In this document: piece after piece, positions 39,188-49,205 of the stretch
Numbering within the stretch: position 1 is the first letter of the stretch
Layout of the letters: every line of letters starts with the position of its first letter
Assembly: GCA_965249725.1 (NCBI GenBank)
Contig: CBDFMQ010000002.1
Location: forward strand, 2,272,001-2,336,000
Length of the DNA: 64,000 nucleotides
Direction: 5' to 3'
DNA from: Longimicrobiales bacterium
Lineage (GTDB): Bacteria; Gemmatimonadota; Gemmatimonadetes; Longimicrobiales; Gaopeijiaceae
Position numbers and translations under genes: made by a program
Notes under the pieces: model-generated
Told to the model about the DNA's origin: nothing
Databases searched by the model: none
What the model saw: the letters and a program-made list of their open reading frames with translations, nothing else

Positions 39188-39835
39188 ATGGATATTACGG
39201 AATGGCGCACCTGGGCTACTGATAGCCTCCGAGTAGAGGCTATCCCGGACGAGGTTTGGGACTTCGTAGAGAAGAGGCGGTTCGTCGCCGAGAATATGGA
39301 CGACCAAGAAAAGAAGTCGCTGCTCGAGGTCATCCGTGATTTACGCACCCTGTACGGAGGCAGAAGTCAAGCTGCGAGGCAGCCGCCATCGAGATTCGAA
39401 TTCGTCGAAGATGCGTTGTCGCCTTATGTGCAGAAGCGCGTTCAGGCGACCACCCTGCTCGGGGACGTGCCAGAGGATCATCTCCCCGTGGCGATTACCG
39501 GCACCATAGAGGACGGGTGGATCTCGGTAAGCGCCGAGCCGTGGGTACCGGCAAGGGACTTCCAGCGGTACTACCGGGTGCTACAGAATCTCGTCTTCGA
39601 TGGAAGACGCGTTCGACCTATGAAGACTGAGACGCTCAAGATGTTTCGGTGGACCACCCAACGTCGTCATGAGAACGCTGACGAGACCTGGGACGCAACG
39701 AGGCGAGCCTGGAACAGAAGTCACTCGAGGCACTATTCGGAAACATCAAATCTTCATCGTGACTACCATCGAACGAAGAAGTCCATCGATGAAGTGAAGC
39801 GGAAGACGAGGAAGTTGACTTCCGCTTCTGAGTAG
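39188..39835 (+). CDS. Hypothetical protein of the integrative element, divergent from the excisionase-like gene
   Basis: TAAGGAG RBS; 215 aa; lower GC. Confidence 0.65.
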   Translation: MDITEWRTWATDSLRVEAIPDEVWDFVEKRRFVAENMDDQEKKSLLEVIRDLRTLYGGRSQAARQPPSRFEFVEDALSPYVQKRVQATTLLGDVPEDHLPVAITGTIEDGWISVSAEPWVPARDFQRYYRVLQNLVFDGRRVRPMKTETLKMFRWTTQRRHENADETWDATRRAWNRSHSRHYSETSNLHRDYHRTKKSIDEVKRKTRKLTSASE

Positions 39836-40272
39836 GAGGCACGGGCCGAACAGCCACAGCCGAGATGCCCGAAACCCCACCCTTAGTCCCACCGCTATGA
39901 GGTACCCTTTTCGGGGGGCACCTCCACCCGAAGATCTCCTACCTACAGCGATCCGCCGGCGGGTGCCGGTAAACCCAAGATACCCGACCCCCTACCCTAG
40001 TCTCCCGCTCGGGCACCGCCCCAGGGCATCTTCGAGTTCGATCAGACCGACGGGTTCGACCCCACTGACCCGGAACCCATTCCCGAATTCGAGTTCGATC
40101 AGTCGCTGCCTGACTGAAAGCACACCGACCGGCCATGGACCCTACGTCCCCGACTCGGGGCCGGCGCCGTGCGGCATCTCTTGCCCATCCACGCATCCCT
40201 TCGTCTCGTCTTTGCACGGCCGGACCGCGAGCATTCACCTGAACCTGTGGTCAGCATTGTAAAGGGACGATC

Positions 40273-40390
40273 TCGCCTCGCTCAGGAAGGGTGCCGGACT
40301 CGAAAGGGTCTTTGAAATGCCTATCCTTGGATGTCGCCTCGCTCAGGAAGGGTGCCGGACTCGCATAGGGTCTTTGGAATGCCTATCCTT
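40273..40390. repeat. Two-unit ~61-bp imperfect tandem repeat
   Basis: TCGCCTCGCTCAGGAAGGGTGCCGGACTCG...ATGCCTATCCTT twice. Confidence 0.8.
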
Positions 40391-40499
40391 CTCGTTCGGG
40401 GCCACGCATTCGGCGGGCGGATCCGTCGCGGCGTGGGCTCGTGGGCCCATCACCCGCCTGAACGCATCCTTTGACGGTTTCAAGTACCGAGGAGTGATC

Positions 40500-41921
40500 A
40501 TGCGCCAGCGAACATTGCCGGTTCTGTATACGCTCACCCTGTTGGCGATCGCCGGTGGCCTCACGGTCCCCAGGGCCGTAGCGCAAGTGACGTGCTTCGG
40601 CGACCCGACCTGCATTCAGCCGGAGACGGGATACCCTGTGGGCCAGCGCGGTACGCCCAACATCGAGGTGGTCTCGCACATTCCTCTGCCCGGGGAGCGC
40701 TTCAGCCACGCCGACATCGAGATCGAGCAGGAGATGGATCGGCCTTTCGTCTACATCGCACAGCGATTAGGTGCGGCGGGCTTCTATGCGATCAGCCTTG
40801 AGGACGAGGAGCATCCCCGGGTCCTGTACCGTTACATCGTGGACGACCCGGATCTGCATCTCGGTTCCGGATGTCTCGATCCGAAGTACGCCAAGGCAGA
40901 GGGACGGTACTACCTGATCGTGTCCTGCCAGTTCGGGCAGGGTGGGCCGGACTCCGACTTGGGGGCGATGGTCTTCGACGTGACCGGACTTCCGGATGCA
41001 TCGACGGTGCGGAAGGTGGCGGACCTCCGGGCTCCGGATCTGCCGGGCGGCTTCCACAACATCTTCACCTACAAACACTCGAACGGCCGCTCACTCCTGG
41101 TCGCGACCACGCAGTCGAAGGACGCGTTCGTTTACGACATCGCGCAGGTCGCGGCGGGCTCCACGGATCCGGTCTCCGCGATCGCCATCCCCGACCCGAC
41201 GGCGACGGACTACCAGCAATGGCACGACATGTACCTCGGGTTCCTCCCTGACGTCGAGCAGGACCGATTCTACGGCGCCGGGGGAGGGGGCTACCACGTT
41301 CTCGACGTTACGGACGTGGAGAACCCGCGGCTCCTCACGTCCGTCACCGGCATCCCGGGGGTCCAGGACGGACACACCTTCACACCCACCCCCGACGGAC
41401 GCTACGGACTCGGGATGTCTGCGCCCACCTACCAGCACGCGCCGATCCGCTTCTTCGACCTGCGCCCTCCCGGGTCGGAGGGTCAGACTCCCAACATCGT
41501 GCGGGGATCCGGTATCGGGGCCTGGATCGCCAAGTTCGGGGGTGCGACCCACAACCATGAGATGCGGTGGCCCTACGTCTTCATCTCGGCGCAGGACGAC
41601 GGGCTCCAGATCGTCAACATGACCGATCCCACGCATCCCTTTACCGAGGCCTACTACCACACGCGGCAGGGCCCCAGCCTTCACGGTGACGCCATGTTCG
41701 GGGGAGCATACGGCACGACGGGTAACATCTACGATGGCGCATGGGGCGTGGACATCCGGAACGCGGACGGGCTCATCGTGGTGAGCGACTTCAACACCGG
41801 ATTCTGGGCGTTCAGGCTCGACGGATTCCTGGGCTGGAACGGAAACGACTGGAACATGCCGAACATCTCGAGCGCGCAGATGTGGGACGAGAGCCCGGAC
41901 CAGCCGCAGCAGATCCGGTAG
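40500..41921 (+). CDS. Secreted LVIVD-repeat beta-propeller protein
   Basis: Signal peptide; VFDVT, VLDVTDVENP, LQIVNMTDP; several His motifs. Confidence 0.7.
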   Translation: MRQRTLPVLYTLTLLAIAGGLTVPRAVAQVTCFGDPTCIQPETGYPVGQRGTPNIEVVSHIPLPGERFSHADIEIEQEMDRPFVYIAQRLGAAGFYAISLEDEEHPRVLYRYIVDDPDLHLGSGCLDPKYAKAEGRYYLIVSCQFGQGGPDSDLGAMVFDVTGLPDASTVRKVADLRAPDLPGGFHNIFTYKHSNGRSLLVATTQSKDAFVYDIAQVAAGSTDPVSAIAIPDPTATDYQQWHDMYLGFLPDVEQDRFYGAGGGGYHVLDVTDVENPRLLTSVTGIPGVQDGHTFTPTPDGRYGLGMSAPTYQHAPIRFFDLRPPGSEGQTPNIVRGSGIGAWIAKFGGATHNHEMRWPYVFISAQDDGLQIVNMTDPTHPFTEAYYHTRQGPSLHGDAMFGGAYGTTGNIYDGAWGVDIRNADGLIVVSDFNTGFWAFRLDGFLGWNGNDWNMPNISSAQMWDESPDQPQQIR

Positions 41922-41968
41922 GCTGCGGCAAGTCGCGTAGGTAAGAGTCGATCAACCGGGAGGTCCTC

Positions 41969-42245
41969 ATGGTAGGCCGATCCTCGATCCTCGTTGTGGC
42001 TGCGTGGCGTTGGCCGCGTGCGAATCGTCGACGCCCCAGCCGGACACCATCTTCACCGGCCGCTTCGTCACGTTGGACGAGGCCCAGCCCGAGGTCGAGG
42101 CGCTGGCGGTAGCCGGCGGACGGATCGTGGCGGCGGGCTCCCGGGCGGAGGTCGAGGCACTGGTCGGCGAAGGCACCCAGACCGTGGCGATCGGCGGCGT
42201 GGCCGTGCCCGGCTTCGCTGCGTCGACCCCGGAAGTTGAACCGCG
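41969..42245 (+). pseudogene. N-terminal fragment of a YtcJ-like amidohydrolase
   Basis: FVTLD..QP.VEALAV.GGRIVAAGS...GG.AVPGF, truncated next to array 2. Confidence 0.6.
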
Positions 42246-42282
42246 CCATCTAACCAGCGTATGTGCTGCGACAGCTCATGTC

Positions 42283-42431
42283 CGATAACGGGCTCACGAA
42301 CTCACGACGCGGAGTGAGCGCAGCGAACGCAGTGCCCCGGAGGGGCCGGGCCCGTTGATCTTCACGATAGTGTTACAGCAGCGAATTCGCGAAGGCGCAA
42401 CGCGGGGTCTGGCGGGAGAGCGGCGTCAGGC
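42283..42431. repeat. attC-like site (A/B hybrid), array 2
   Basis: CGATAAC-GGGCTCACGAACTCACG...CGGGAGAGCGGC-GTCAGGC. Confidence 0.8.
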
Positions 42432-43190
42432 GTCGTCAGCCTGTTCGAGCAGTTCGCCCACCAGATGTGGACGCCAAACCCTGCCCACCTCAACCTCGTC
42501 ATGGATCCGCCCCGAGTAGATTCCCAGAAACGCTGTGGCTCCTCCTCCGATGTTGAGAGCCCCGCTCTTAGAAGGGTAAGACCCCATCGATCGATAAACT
42601 ACCGGTGACCCGGACATCCCCCCACGAGTGGTCGCGTCGATCAGAAAAGCGGGTTTGCCGTCATAGTCAATGTCCGGATCGGACGCGATGTGTCCCGTCT
42701 TCCAGATCGGAAAGGCCACTCCGGTCGCAAGGCCATAGGGGTATCCGATGATCGAAACGGACATCGCCGGTTGTAGCCGCACATCGTGCTCGGCAGACCC
42801 GAGGTCAAGGGGGTGGAGCTGAATATCGGAGTCAGATAGGTCCAATTCGAGCCCTGCAAGATCAACCGCTGCGCCTTCCGGATGCTCGACCCACAGGGCC
42901 TCACCCTCACTATCCACGAGGGGCTGCGTGATGTGCTTCCACGACCCGAGCCTCTTCGCGTGATGAACAATCATGATCTCGTCAGGAGTCGCGCCGGTCG
43001 GTGAAAGCGGTTGGTTGTCCTCAGGGTTCCTGCCGGAGAGAACGTGCCAATTCGTAATCAGATGCGACCCACTCTCAGTTTGAACGACGAAAGCAGTTGC
43101 GGTGCCGAGTTGCTTGCCTCGTGCGCGGAGTTCAACTCTCAGACTCGTGCAACTAAGAGGATCGATGACAATCGTCTTCGGGTCTGCCAT
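42426..43190 (-). CDS. Trypsin-like serine protease, cassette gene
   Basis: ITNWHV, VDLA, GGMSGSPV. Confidence 0.85.
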   Translation of the reverse strand: MADPKTIVIDPLSCTSLRVELRARGKQLGTATAFVVQTESGSHLITNWHVLSGRNPEDNQPLSPTGATPDEIMIVHHAKRLGSWKHITQPLVDSEGEALWVEHPEGAAVDLAGLELDLSDSDIQLHPLDLGSAEHDVRLQPAMSVSIIGYPYGLATGVAFPIWKTGHIASDPDIDYDGKPAFLIDATTRGGMSGSPVVYRSMGSYPSKSGALNIGGGATAFLGIYSGRIHDEVEVGRVWRPHLVGELLEQADDA

Positions 43191-43222
43191 TTCTTGGTCA
43201 ATTCAGATTTCGAGGCGATGAC

Positions 43223-43439
43223 GTATAAAGGGCTCACGGACTCACGACGCGCAGTGTCCGCGAAGCGGCCGGCCCGTTGCTCATCGTAAGATCAGGGCTG
43301 CCGGAGCGCGACAGCGTGGAGGGACGAGTGCCCACCTGATAGCGGACCGACCCCTAAGGTCGGCGATTGCGAGCCGTGTGACTGAGCCACGCGCGGGAGC
43401 ACTCGTTATCGAGGGCCGCGCTTGAGTCCGGCGTTATAG
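43223..43439. repeat. attC-like site, family A, with internal insertion
   Basis: GTATAAA-GGGCTCACGGACTCACG...CTTGAGTCCGGC-GTTATAG. Confidence 0.75.
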
Positions 43440-43587
43440 GACGTGAGTGGGGGGGCAACCGCATATCGTGGTGCGGCGTCCATCTGCGGATTGGAGATCA
43501 ATCGGACACCGGCGCGGCTGCGTTCCGCGCCGGTCATGGCCCGGATAGGGCTTGTTGTCGGGCCCGGACGTCTCCGCCGCCTTCGGG

Positions 43588-44922
43588 TCAGAAGCGATCC
43601 CTATTCCCTACTCCACCGAAGCGCGTGTTGACGACGTTGTTGAAGATCGAGCCGAATCGGTAGCGGAACCCGAAGCTGAGACCCGCCTGGTAGTTCGTCT
43701 CGAGCTGTCTCCGCCGTAGGAGAACCTCCTCCAAGTCGGCATCGCCCTTCCGCAGGTTGAGCTGATTGTGGATGAGCTCGAGCGAGCCGCCGATCTCGAT
43801 CGAAAGCCCCTGCGCGATGCGGACGTCGACAGCTCCGTTGAACTGAACGCTGTGGCGTGAGAGATCGTGCAGATACTGCGATGCGTTGATGCCGACGTCG
43901 ATCTCGCCCCACGGCTGGATCACTTCGTAGCCCGCGTTGAGGATCTGCTCTGGAAGCAGCTGCTCGGTCTCCTCGTAGATCGTCGTGTCCCGATAGGTGA
44001 TGTGTGACGCGCCGACGCGGTAGGTGATGGTCAGTTGTCGCCGAGTCGCCTCCCGGTACGGGTACAGGCTCCACTCGATGGCGGGCATCAGACGGTACCG
44101 CCATTCGACGTTGGCGAACGTCGATGTGAAGACATCTCCGAAAGCCCCCATCGACCAGTGTGGCGAGACGCTTCGGACGACGTAGCTGGTGAAGCCGTCC
44201 CGTCGCGCAGAGCTCTCGATCGTCTCGTCCTCTCGGTCGAAACGGTCGTAGTTGTAGTTGAAGAATGGCCGGAACTGGAGCTTCCAGTCCTCCGTCACAC
44301 GGTCGATGTACACACCGTACCGCGTGTCGAAGGATCGCTGCTTGGACTCGAAGTCTGCGCCGCCGTCCCAGTACATCTCGAAGATCCAGTGATCCCACGG
44401 ATCATCCTGCAGCTGCGCTTGTCCGCTGGCCTCGTCCTCCGCCGGGGCGATGTCGACCCGCAGGCGGTCTCCCATGGCCATTCGCAGGAGGTATGGCACG
44501 AGGACCGCTCTGAGCGTGCGGAGGAATCCCTCGCGCTCTTCGGCCTCGGTTGCATCCACGTTCGTCGTGTAGACCGTGGAGAAGTCCATCCCCTCGAACG
44601 GGCCCAAGCCGATGAGGTCGAACGTCTGCGCCTGGCCGCCTGCACCTGTCTCCTCCTGGGTCACGAGGACGTGGATTCCGGCGACCTCGCGGTCGCGAAC
44701 GTGATCCAAGTACGTGATCTCCGGGCGGATGAAGGTCTCGTCGCAGAAACCGCAGTCCAGGAAGATGGCAAGTCGCGCGGGCATCTCCGTCTCGACGTCC
44801 TGGGACGCGGCTGATTGGGCCGAAGCCCCGAACCATGCGAGGACCGTCAGACAGAACGCCGCAGCGCGCACTCGGCGCCACGCGAAGATGTTCACCCGGG
44901 GTGTTGCGGAGGCTCGAAGCAT
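43588..44922 (-). CDS. Putative outer-membrane protein, cassette gene
   Basis: Signal peptide; IFLDC..CD, C-terminal YRFGSIFNNVVNTRF. Confidence 0.7.
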   Translation of the reverse strand: MLRASATPRVNIFAWRRVRAAAFCLTVLAWFGASAQSAASQDVETEMPARLAIFLDCGFCDETFIRPEITYLDHVRDREVAGIHVLVTQEETGAGGQAQTFDLIGLGPFEGMDFSTVYTTNVDATEAEEREGFLRTLRAVLVPYLLRMAMGDRLRVDIAPAEDEASGQAQLQDDPWDHWIFEMYWDGGADFESKQRSFDTRYGVYIDRVTEDWKLQFRPFFNYNYDRFDREDETIESSARRDGFTSYVVRSVSPHWSMGAFGDVFTSTFANVEWRYRLMPAIEWSLYPYREATRRQLTITYRVGASHITYRDTTIYEETEQLLPEQILNAGYEVIQPWGEIDVGINASQYLHDLSRHSVQFNGAVDVRIAQGLSIEIGGSLELIHNQLNLRKGDADLEEVLLRRRQLETNYQAGLSFGFRYRFGSIFNNVVNTRFGGVGNRDRF

Positions 44923-45087
44923 GGGGCTTGCCTGGGCAGAAGTTCAGACGGGCGTGCGTCCCGGAAGGGACGCGATCCGCCCTAATGACCACTGACGCGC
45001 CCTGGGTGTTGAACCCGCTTGGGGGATCCGATCTCCGGGATTCCGTGCCAGAAGGGAGGGGAGATCTCCGCACCATCCCGAGAATCC

Positions 45088-45115
45088 ATGTCCGATAACG
45101 GGCTATGTGCGACGT
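45088..45115. repeat. Degenerate mini site
   Basis: ATGTCCGATAA-CGGGCT-ATGTGCGACGT. Confidence 0.6.
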
Positions 45116-45286
45116 ACGTCACTCCGCAAGTAGGCCTGTCGACTCGCCGCGGGCGGGTGCCCGCAGATAATCGCCAAGCGATTCCTGCAGTCCCGGTAGA
45201 CGTCTAGCTCGCGCGCTTCGCTTGCGGTCCACATCTTGATCGCGCAGCAGAATCGCAATCCGTTAGATGGCGAACTCGAGGAGACA

Positions 45287-45646
45287 ATGAACGAGCAAGG
45301 TGGCTACATCCTGACCGAGATCTGGAACGCGAGGCCCTCTTGGGCAGCCCTCCCTCCGGACGAGCGCCTTCGTTTCTTCGAGGAGAAGGTCGGACCTCTG
45401 CTCATGGGCCTCATCGATGAGGGGGCTGAGATTCTCGCCTGCGCAATCAATGACAATACGGGCAGCGAGCGCATAGACTATCGGTACATGGCCGTTTGGC
45501 GGGTTCCGGACAAGGCATTCGGCGATCGCCTCGAGGCAGCGGCCAAGGCTGCCGGCTTTCTGGACTATTTCGAGCAGGTGAACTTCAGTGGCAATGCGAT
45601 CACACCCGATGCGTTGAACGGCGATATGCTGCAGTTCGCTCTCTGA
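45287..45646 (+). CDS. Conserved hypothetical protein (DUF6616-like)
   Basis: GAGGAG RBS; EIWNARPSW...Y.AVW..P...YFEQVN.SG. Confidence 0.6.
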   Translation: MNEQGGYILTEIWNARPSWAALPPDERLRFFEEKVGPLLMGLIDEGAEILACAINDNTGSERIDYRYMAVWRVPDKAFGDRLEAAAKAAGFLDYFEQVNFSGNAITPDALNGDMLQFAL

Positions 45647-45691
45647 TGCACGGGGCGTGCGCCGTTCGGGCCTACATGTCCCGGCCCACCC

Positions 45692-45739
45692 CCGTCACCT
45701 AACGCGTGGTTGTACCGGCCAAAGCACGTTACGTGATGC
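45692..45739. repeat. Short (~48-bp) attC-like hairpin
   Basis: CCGTCACCTAAC...GTTACGTGATGC. Confidence 0.45.
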
Positions 45740-45812
45740 AGCGTGGCCGACATCCGCAGTGCGACGTCGCTCATCTAAGGCGGTCTAGTGGAGGCACGCG
45801 ACTCGCTCAGTG

Positions 45813-46427
45813 TCAACAGGGTTCAAGTCGCTGGTTCAGGAGGATCGGTTCGGCTAGTTGGAACAGGATGCAGCCGCCTTGGGGGCGGGGTGGACCGATG
45901 GGGTTCAAGGCGTCGGACTCAAGCGAGGCACTGCCCAGATCGCCAGCGACCTGGCTCGTACCGTCCAGGAGGTCGAAGGACCGGGCCGAAAGCCGGTAGA
46001 TTCCGCCTCCGCCCTCCACCCCGACGTAGAAGATGACTGACTCCCGGACCAAGGGCTTCGAGAGGAGGGGGTGGAGGGCTGGTGCGACTTCGGACAGAAC
46101 TGTCACGACCTCACGATTCCAGAAGGACCACGGGCCAAGGGTCCAGCAAACGGAGTCCCTTCCGCACTCTTCCCAGCGAGATCCGCTGTCCATGACCGGC
46201 TGATAAAGGAATCCGACTGAGCTGACCAGGACTCCGGAAAACAGGTCGACCACATCTACCGGATCGCCGTCAACCACGAGTGTGGCCATCGATCCTTCGC
46301 CGACACCATCCGACCAGGTCGCGGTATCCGTGAGCAAGTAGTCTTGGCCTACAAGTCCGTCGGGGAGAAGGGCAGCGAGGGCGATGCTCACGACGAGCAC
46401 ACGGCATAGAGTTCTGGTCGGAATCAT
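45813..46427 (-). CDS. Secreted hypothetical protein, cassette gene
   Basis: Signal-peptide-like N-terminus; starts just past the 46478 site. Confidence 0.5.
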   Translation of the reverse strand: MIPTRTLCRVLVVSIALAALLPDGLVGQDYLLTDTATWSDGVGEGSMATLVVDGDPVDVVDLFSGVLVSSVGFLYQPVMDSGSRWEECGRDSVCWTLGPWSFWNREVVTVLSEVAPALHPLLSKPLVRESVIFYVGVEGGGGIYRLSARSFDLLDGTSQVAGDLGSASLESDALNPIGPPRPQGGCILFQLAEPILLNQRLEPC

Positions 46428-46477
46428 GGCGTTAGATAGCGACGCGTAGAGAGATGTGTCCGTCGACAAGCTTTGTC

Positions 46478-46623
46478 CCATAACGGGCTCACGAACTCAC
46501 GACGCGGAGTGAGCGCAGCGAACGCAGTGCCCCGAAACGACGGGCCCGTTGGTCTTCACGATAGTGTTACAGCAGCTAATGCGAAGGCGCACCGGAGGGC
46601 CCAGCGGGAGAGCAGCGTTACAG
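46478..46623. repeat. attC-like site (A/B hybrid), array 2
   Basis: CCATAAC-GGGCTCACGAACTCACG...GGGAGAGCAGC-GTTACAG. Confidence 0.8.
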
Positions 46624-46629
46624 GACCTG

Positions 46630-46712
46630 CGTCAGCACCCTGATCGCCTCTGGGGCTGGTGGTCGATAGCCCAGGGAACTGTGGGGCCGGATGGTGTTGA
46701 ACTCTCGGCGCC
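46630..46712 (-). pseudogene. IS3-family transposase C-terminal remnant
   Basis: Manual translation WRREFNTIRPHSSLGYRPPAPEA. Confidence 0.65.
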
Positions 46713-46713
46713 A

Positions 46714-47403
46714 TTATCCGGCGAGCTTCTCGAACAGTAGGTTGAGCACCCGTCCGTTGGAGACACGCATACCGGTCGGCTCACCGGAAGAGTCCATCTC
46801 GAATCGAGCAGTTCCGAAGAATGGCGCGCCCGAGTAAGTGTCCTCTTCTGTCGGCGTCAACTCGAAGTCTGGGTGCAGACGATGTTTCGCCATGAGCTTC
46901 CCGCCTTCCACCACCAGGGTATAGACGGTCTCCAACTCCGGGCTGAAGTAGTGTCCGGCTAGTGCGGCTAGATCCCGCAAGCTCGGCATCCACGGCTCTA
47001 CGCGCGGTGCTGGGAAGTCAGTTTCATGCTGGTGGACGGTCAGCCCTGATATGGTGCCATCAACTCCTCGGTTGAAGGTGACTACCGCCTCGACGTTGGT
47101 GAGATAAAACGTAGAGTCGGACAACGTGATCGCGGCGTTCCGCGTCGGTCCCTCACCCCGAACAAAGAGGGTAGAGCCGTCGTGGGAGATATTGAGGGCG
47201 AAGGTCGGGTAGAGCTGGTAGGCCCCTACGTACTCCGCGAGGATCGCCTCATCGACTTCGATCTCTGCGGGCGCTCCGGTCACCATGGGCTCGGCTCGAG
47301 CTGCGGGCTCGGTAGGCTGCTGTGCAGCGGCGAGGAGCGAGGTGCCAAGCATCGAAATGACGAGCGATCCCACGGTTGCTACGGCATTGATGCGACGGAT
47401 CAT
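46714..47403 (-). CDS. Secreted protein with DUF3471-like domains
   Basis: EAILAEYVGAYQL...; LAGHYFSPELETVY...GRVLNLLFEK. Confidence 0.6.
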   Translation of the reverse strand: MIRRINAVATVGSLVISMLGTSLLAAAQQPTEPAARAEPMVTGAPAEIEVDEAILAEYVGAYQLYPTFALNISHDGSTLFVRGEGPTRNAAITLSDSTFYLTNVEAVVTFNRGVDGTISGLTVHQHETDFPAPRVEPWMPSLRDLAALAGHYFSPELETVYTLVVEGGKLMAKHRLHPDFELTPTEEDTYSGAPFFGTARFEMDSSGEPTGMRVSNGRVLNLLFEKLAG

Positions 47404-47678
47404 GAGCCTGCCTCAAGCTGTGGACGTTCGGCGCCGGCGGACGGATTGAGAATGCGCCCGGGCTGCAGATATCGCTAGCGAACCGATTCCATCCATTGTG
47501 CTACTCGCCCCATCTGACTGTGTAGTGCATAGGTGCAGTTCCGTCCTGTGCCGACCAGTGCCCGCCAGGTAACCGGAGGTTTTGGGGCCCCATGTGGGGT
47601 CCCGTAGCCCCATTTCCGCCCCTAACTCACCAACACCCAAAAGCCGGAAGCCCAGATCCTTCCTAGACTTCCGGCGAA

Positions 47679-47751
<73 letters not shown>

Positions 47752-48017
47752 TGGGCGTAAAACTAGCCGCTAGCCGGTAGAAGCTCCACGGTCTGGTGGT
47801 TCGTCTGCAGAGGGGGCGGACCAGCGCCGTGAACTCCTCGGCGGACTCACGTATTCAGCCTGAGACCAGAGTTACCGGCCGACCCGCCCTTTCGAGCGCG
47901 GTTGCGGAGCCACTTCAGTCCCTCCATTTCAATGCGTATCGAGACCTACCGCGCTTGCCCCGTCCTCGAGAGGGACCCTGCACCCGTTGGGCCTCATCGC
48001 CCGCGAGGAGAGAACTA

Positions 48018-49205
48018 GTGATCGAGACCGACGACCAAAGGCGAGCTCCAGGTGCCGGTACCCAGGAGACGGCGGTCCAGGACCGATATGCCTCTGCGGC
48101 CCAGGCCCAGGCGCCCGCCCTGTGTTGTCCCGTGGACTACGATCCTCAGTACCTGGAGATCATCCCGGAAGAGGTTATCGAACGGGACTACGGTTGTGGT
48201 GACCCGAGCCGTTACCTCAAGACGGGAGAGACGGTTCTCGACCTGGGCAGCGGTACGGGCAAAATCTGCTTCATCGCGTCGCAGGTCGTTGGAGAGACGG
48301 GCAAGGTCATCGGTGTCGACATGACACCGGAGATGCTCGAGGTGGCCCGCCGAAACGCCCCGGTCGTCGCCGAGCGAACCGGCTACGCCAACGTGGAGTT
48401 TCGACGCGGCCGCATCCAGGATCTGTCGCTCGATCTGGATCTCCTGGAGGAGCGCCTCAGTGATCATCCCGTGTCGACCACTGAAGGTTGGCTAGAGCTC
48501 GAACGGACGACCTCGGATCTTCGGCTCCTGGAGCCGCTGGTTCACGACGAATCGGTGGACGTCGTCGTCTCGAATTGCGTTCTGAACCTCGTCGAGACGG
48601 AGCAGAAGCAGAATCTCTTCCGTGAGATCTACCGTGTCCTCAAGAACGGCGGACGGGCGATCATCTCGGACATCGTCTCGGACGAAGCGGTGCCCGAGGA
48701 GCTCCAGATGGACTCCGAGTTGTGGAGCGGATGTGTTTCGGGAGCCCTCACCGAGGAAGGCTTCCTCGCGGCGTTCGAAGAGGTCGGGTTCCATGGAGTC
48801 CGTGTGCTTGAGCGCCAGGCCGAGCCTTGGCAGACCGTGAACGGGATCGAGTTTCGCTCGGTGACGGTCGAGGCCTTCAAGGGCAAGGAAGGGCCCTGTT
48901 GGGAGCGCGGGCAGGCCGTGATCTATAGAGGCCCGTTCAAAGAAGTACTCGACGACGACGGTCACCGTATGGAGCGCGGTAAGCGCTACGCGGTGTGCGA
49001 CAAGACGTTTCGTATCTACGAACAGGAGCCGTATGGGGAGCTCTTCGACTTCGTGGAGCCTCTCGTGGAGATTCCCCTGGAGGAGGCGGAGCCCTTCGAT
49101 TGCACCCGGACCACGACCCGACATCCCAGGGAGTCCAAGGGCTTGGACTACGATGTGACCACGGACCCTCAGGGAGTGTGCTGTGAACCGGGCGACTGCT
49201 GCTGA
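48018..49205 (+). CDS. ArsM/AS3MT-like SAM methyltransferase
   Basis: LCCP, YGCGDP, VLDLGSG.G, VVSNCVLNL, LWSGCVSGA, AVCDKT, terminal CC motifs. Confidence 0.8.
   Translation: MIETDDQRRAPGAGTQETAVQDRYASAAQAQAPALCCPVDYDPQYLEIIPEEVIERDYGCGDPSRYLKTGETVLDLGSGTGKICFIASQVVGETGKVIGVDMTPEMLEVARRNAPVVAERTGYANVEFRRGRIQDLSLDLDLLEERLSDHPVSTTEGWLELERTTSDLRLLEPLVHDESVDVVVSNCVLNLVETEQKQNLFREIYRVLKNGGRAIISDIVSDEAVPEELQMDSELWSGCVSGALTEEGFLAAFEEVGFHGVRVLERQAEPWQTVNGIEFRSVTVEAFKGKEGPCWERGQAVIYRGPFKEVLDDDGHRMERGKRYAVCDKTFRIYEQEPYGELFDFVEPLVEIPLEEAEPFDCTRTTTRHPRESKGLDYDVTTDPQGVCCEPGDCC

Noticed and set aside
40273..40390. Mini-CRISPR or cassette site
   Set aside because: Only two abutting units with no unique spacer, and unrelated to the TAAC/GTTA sites.
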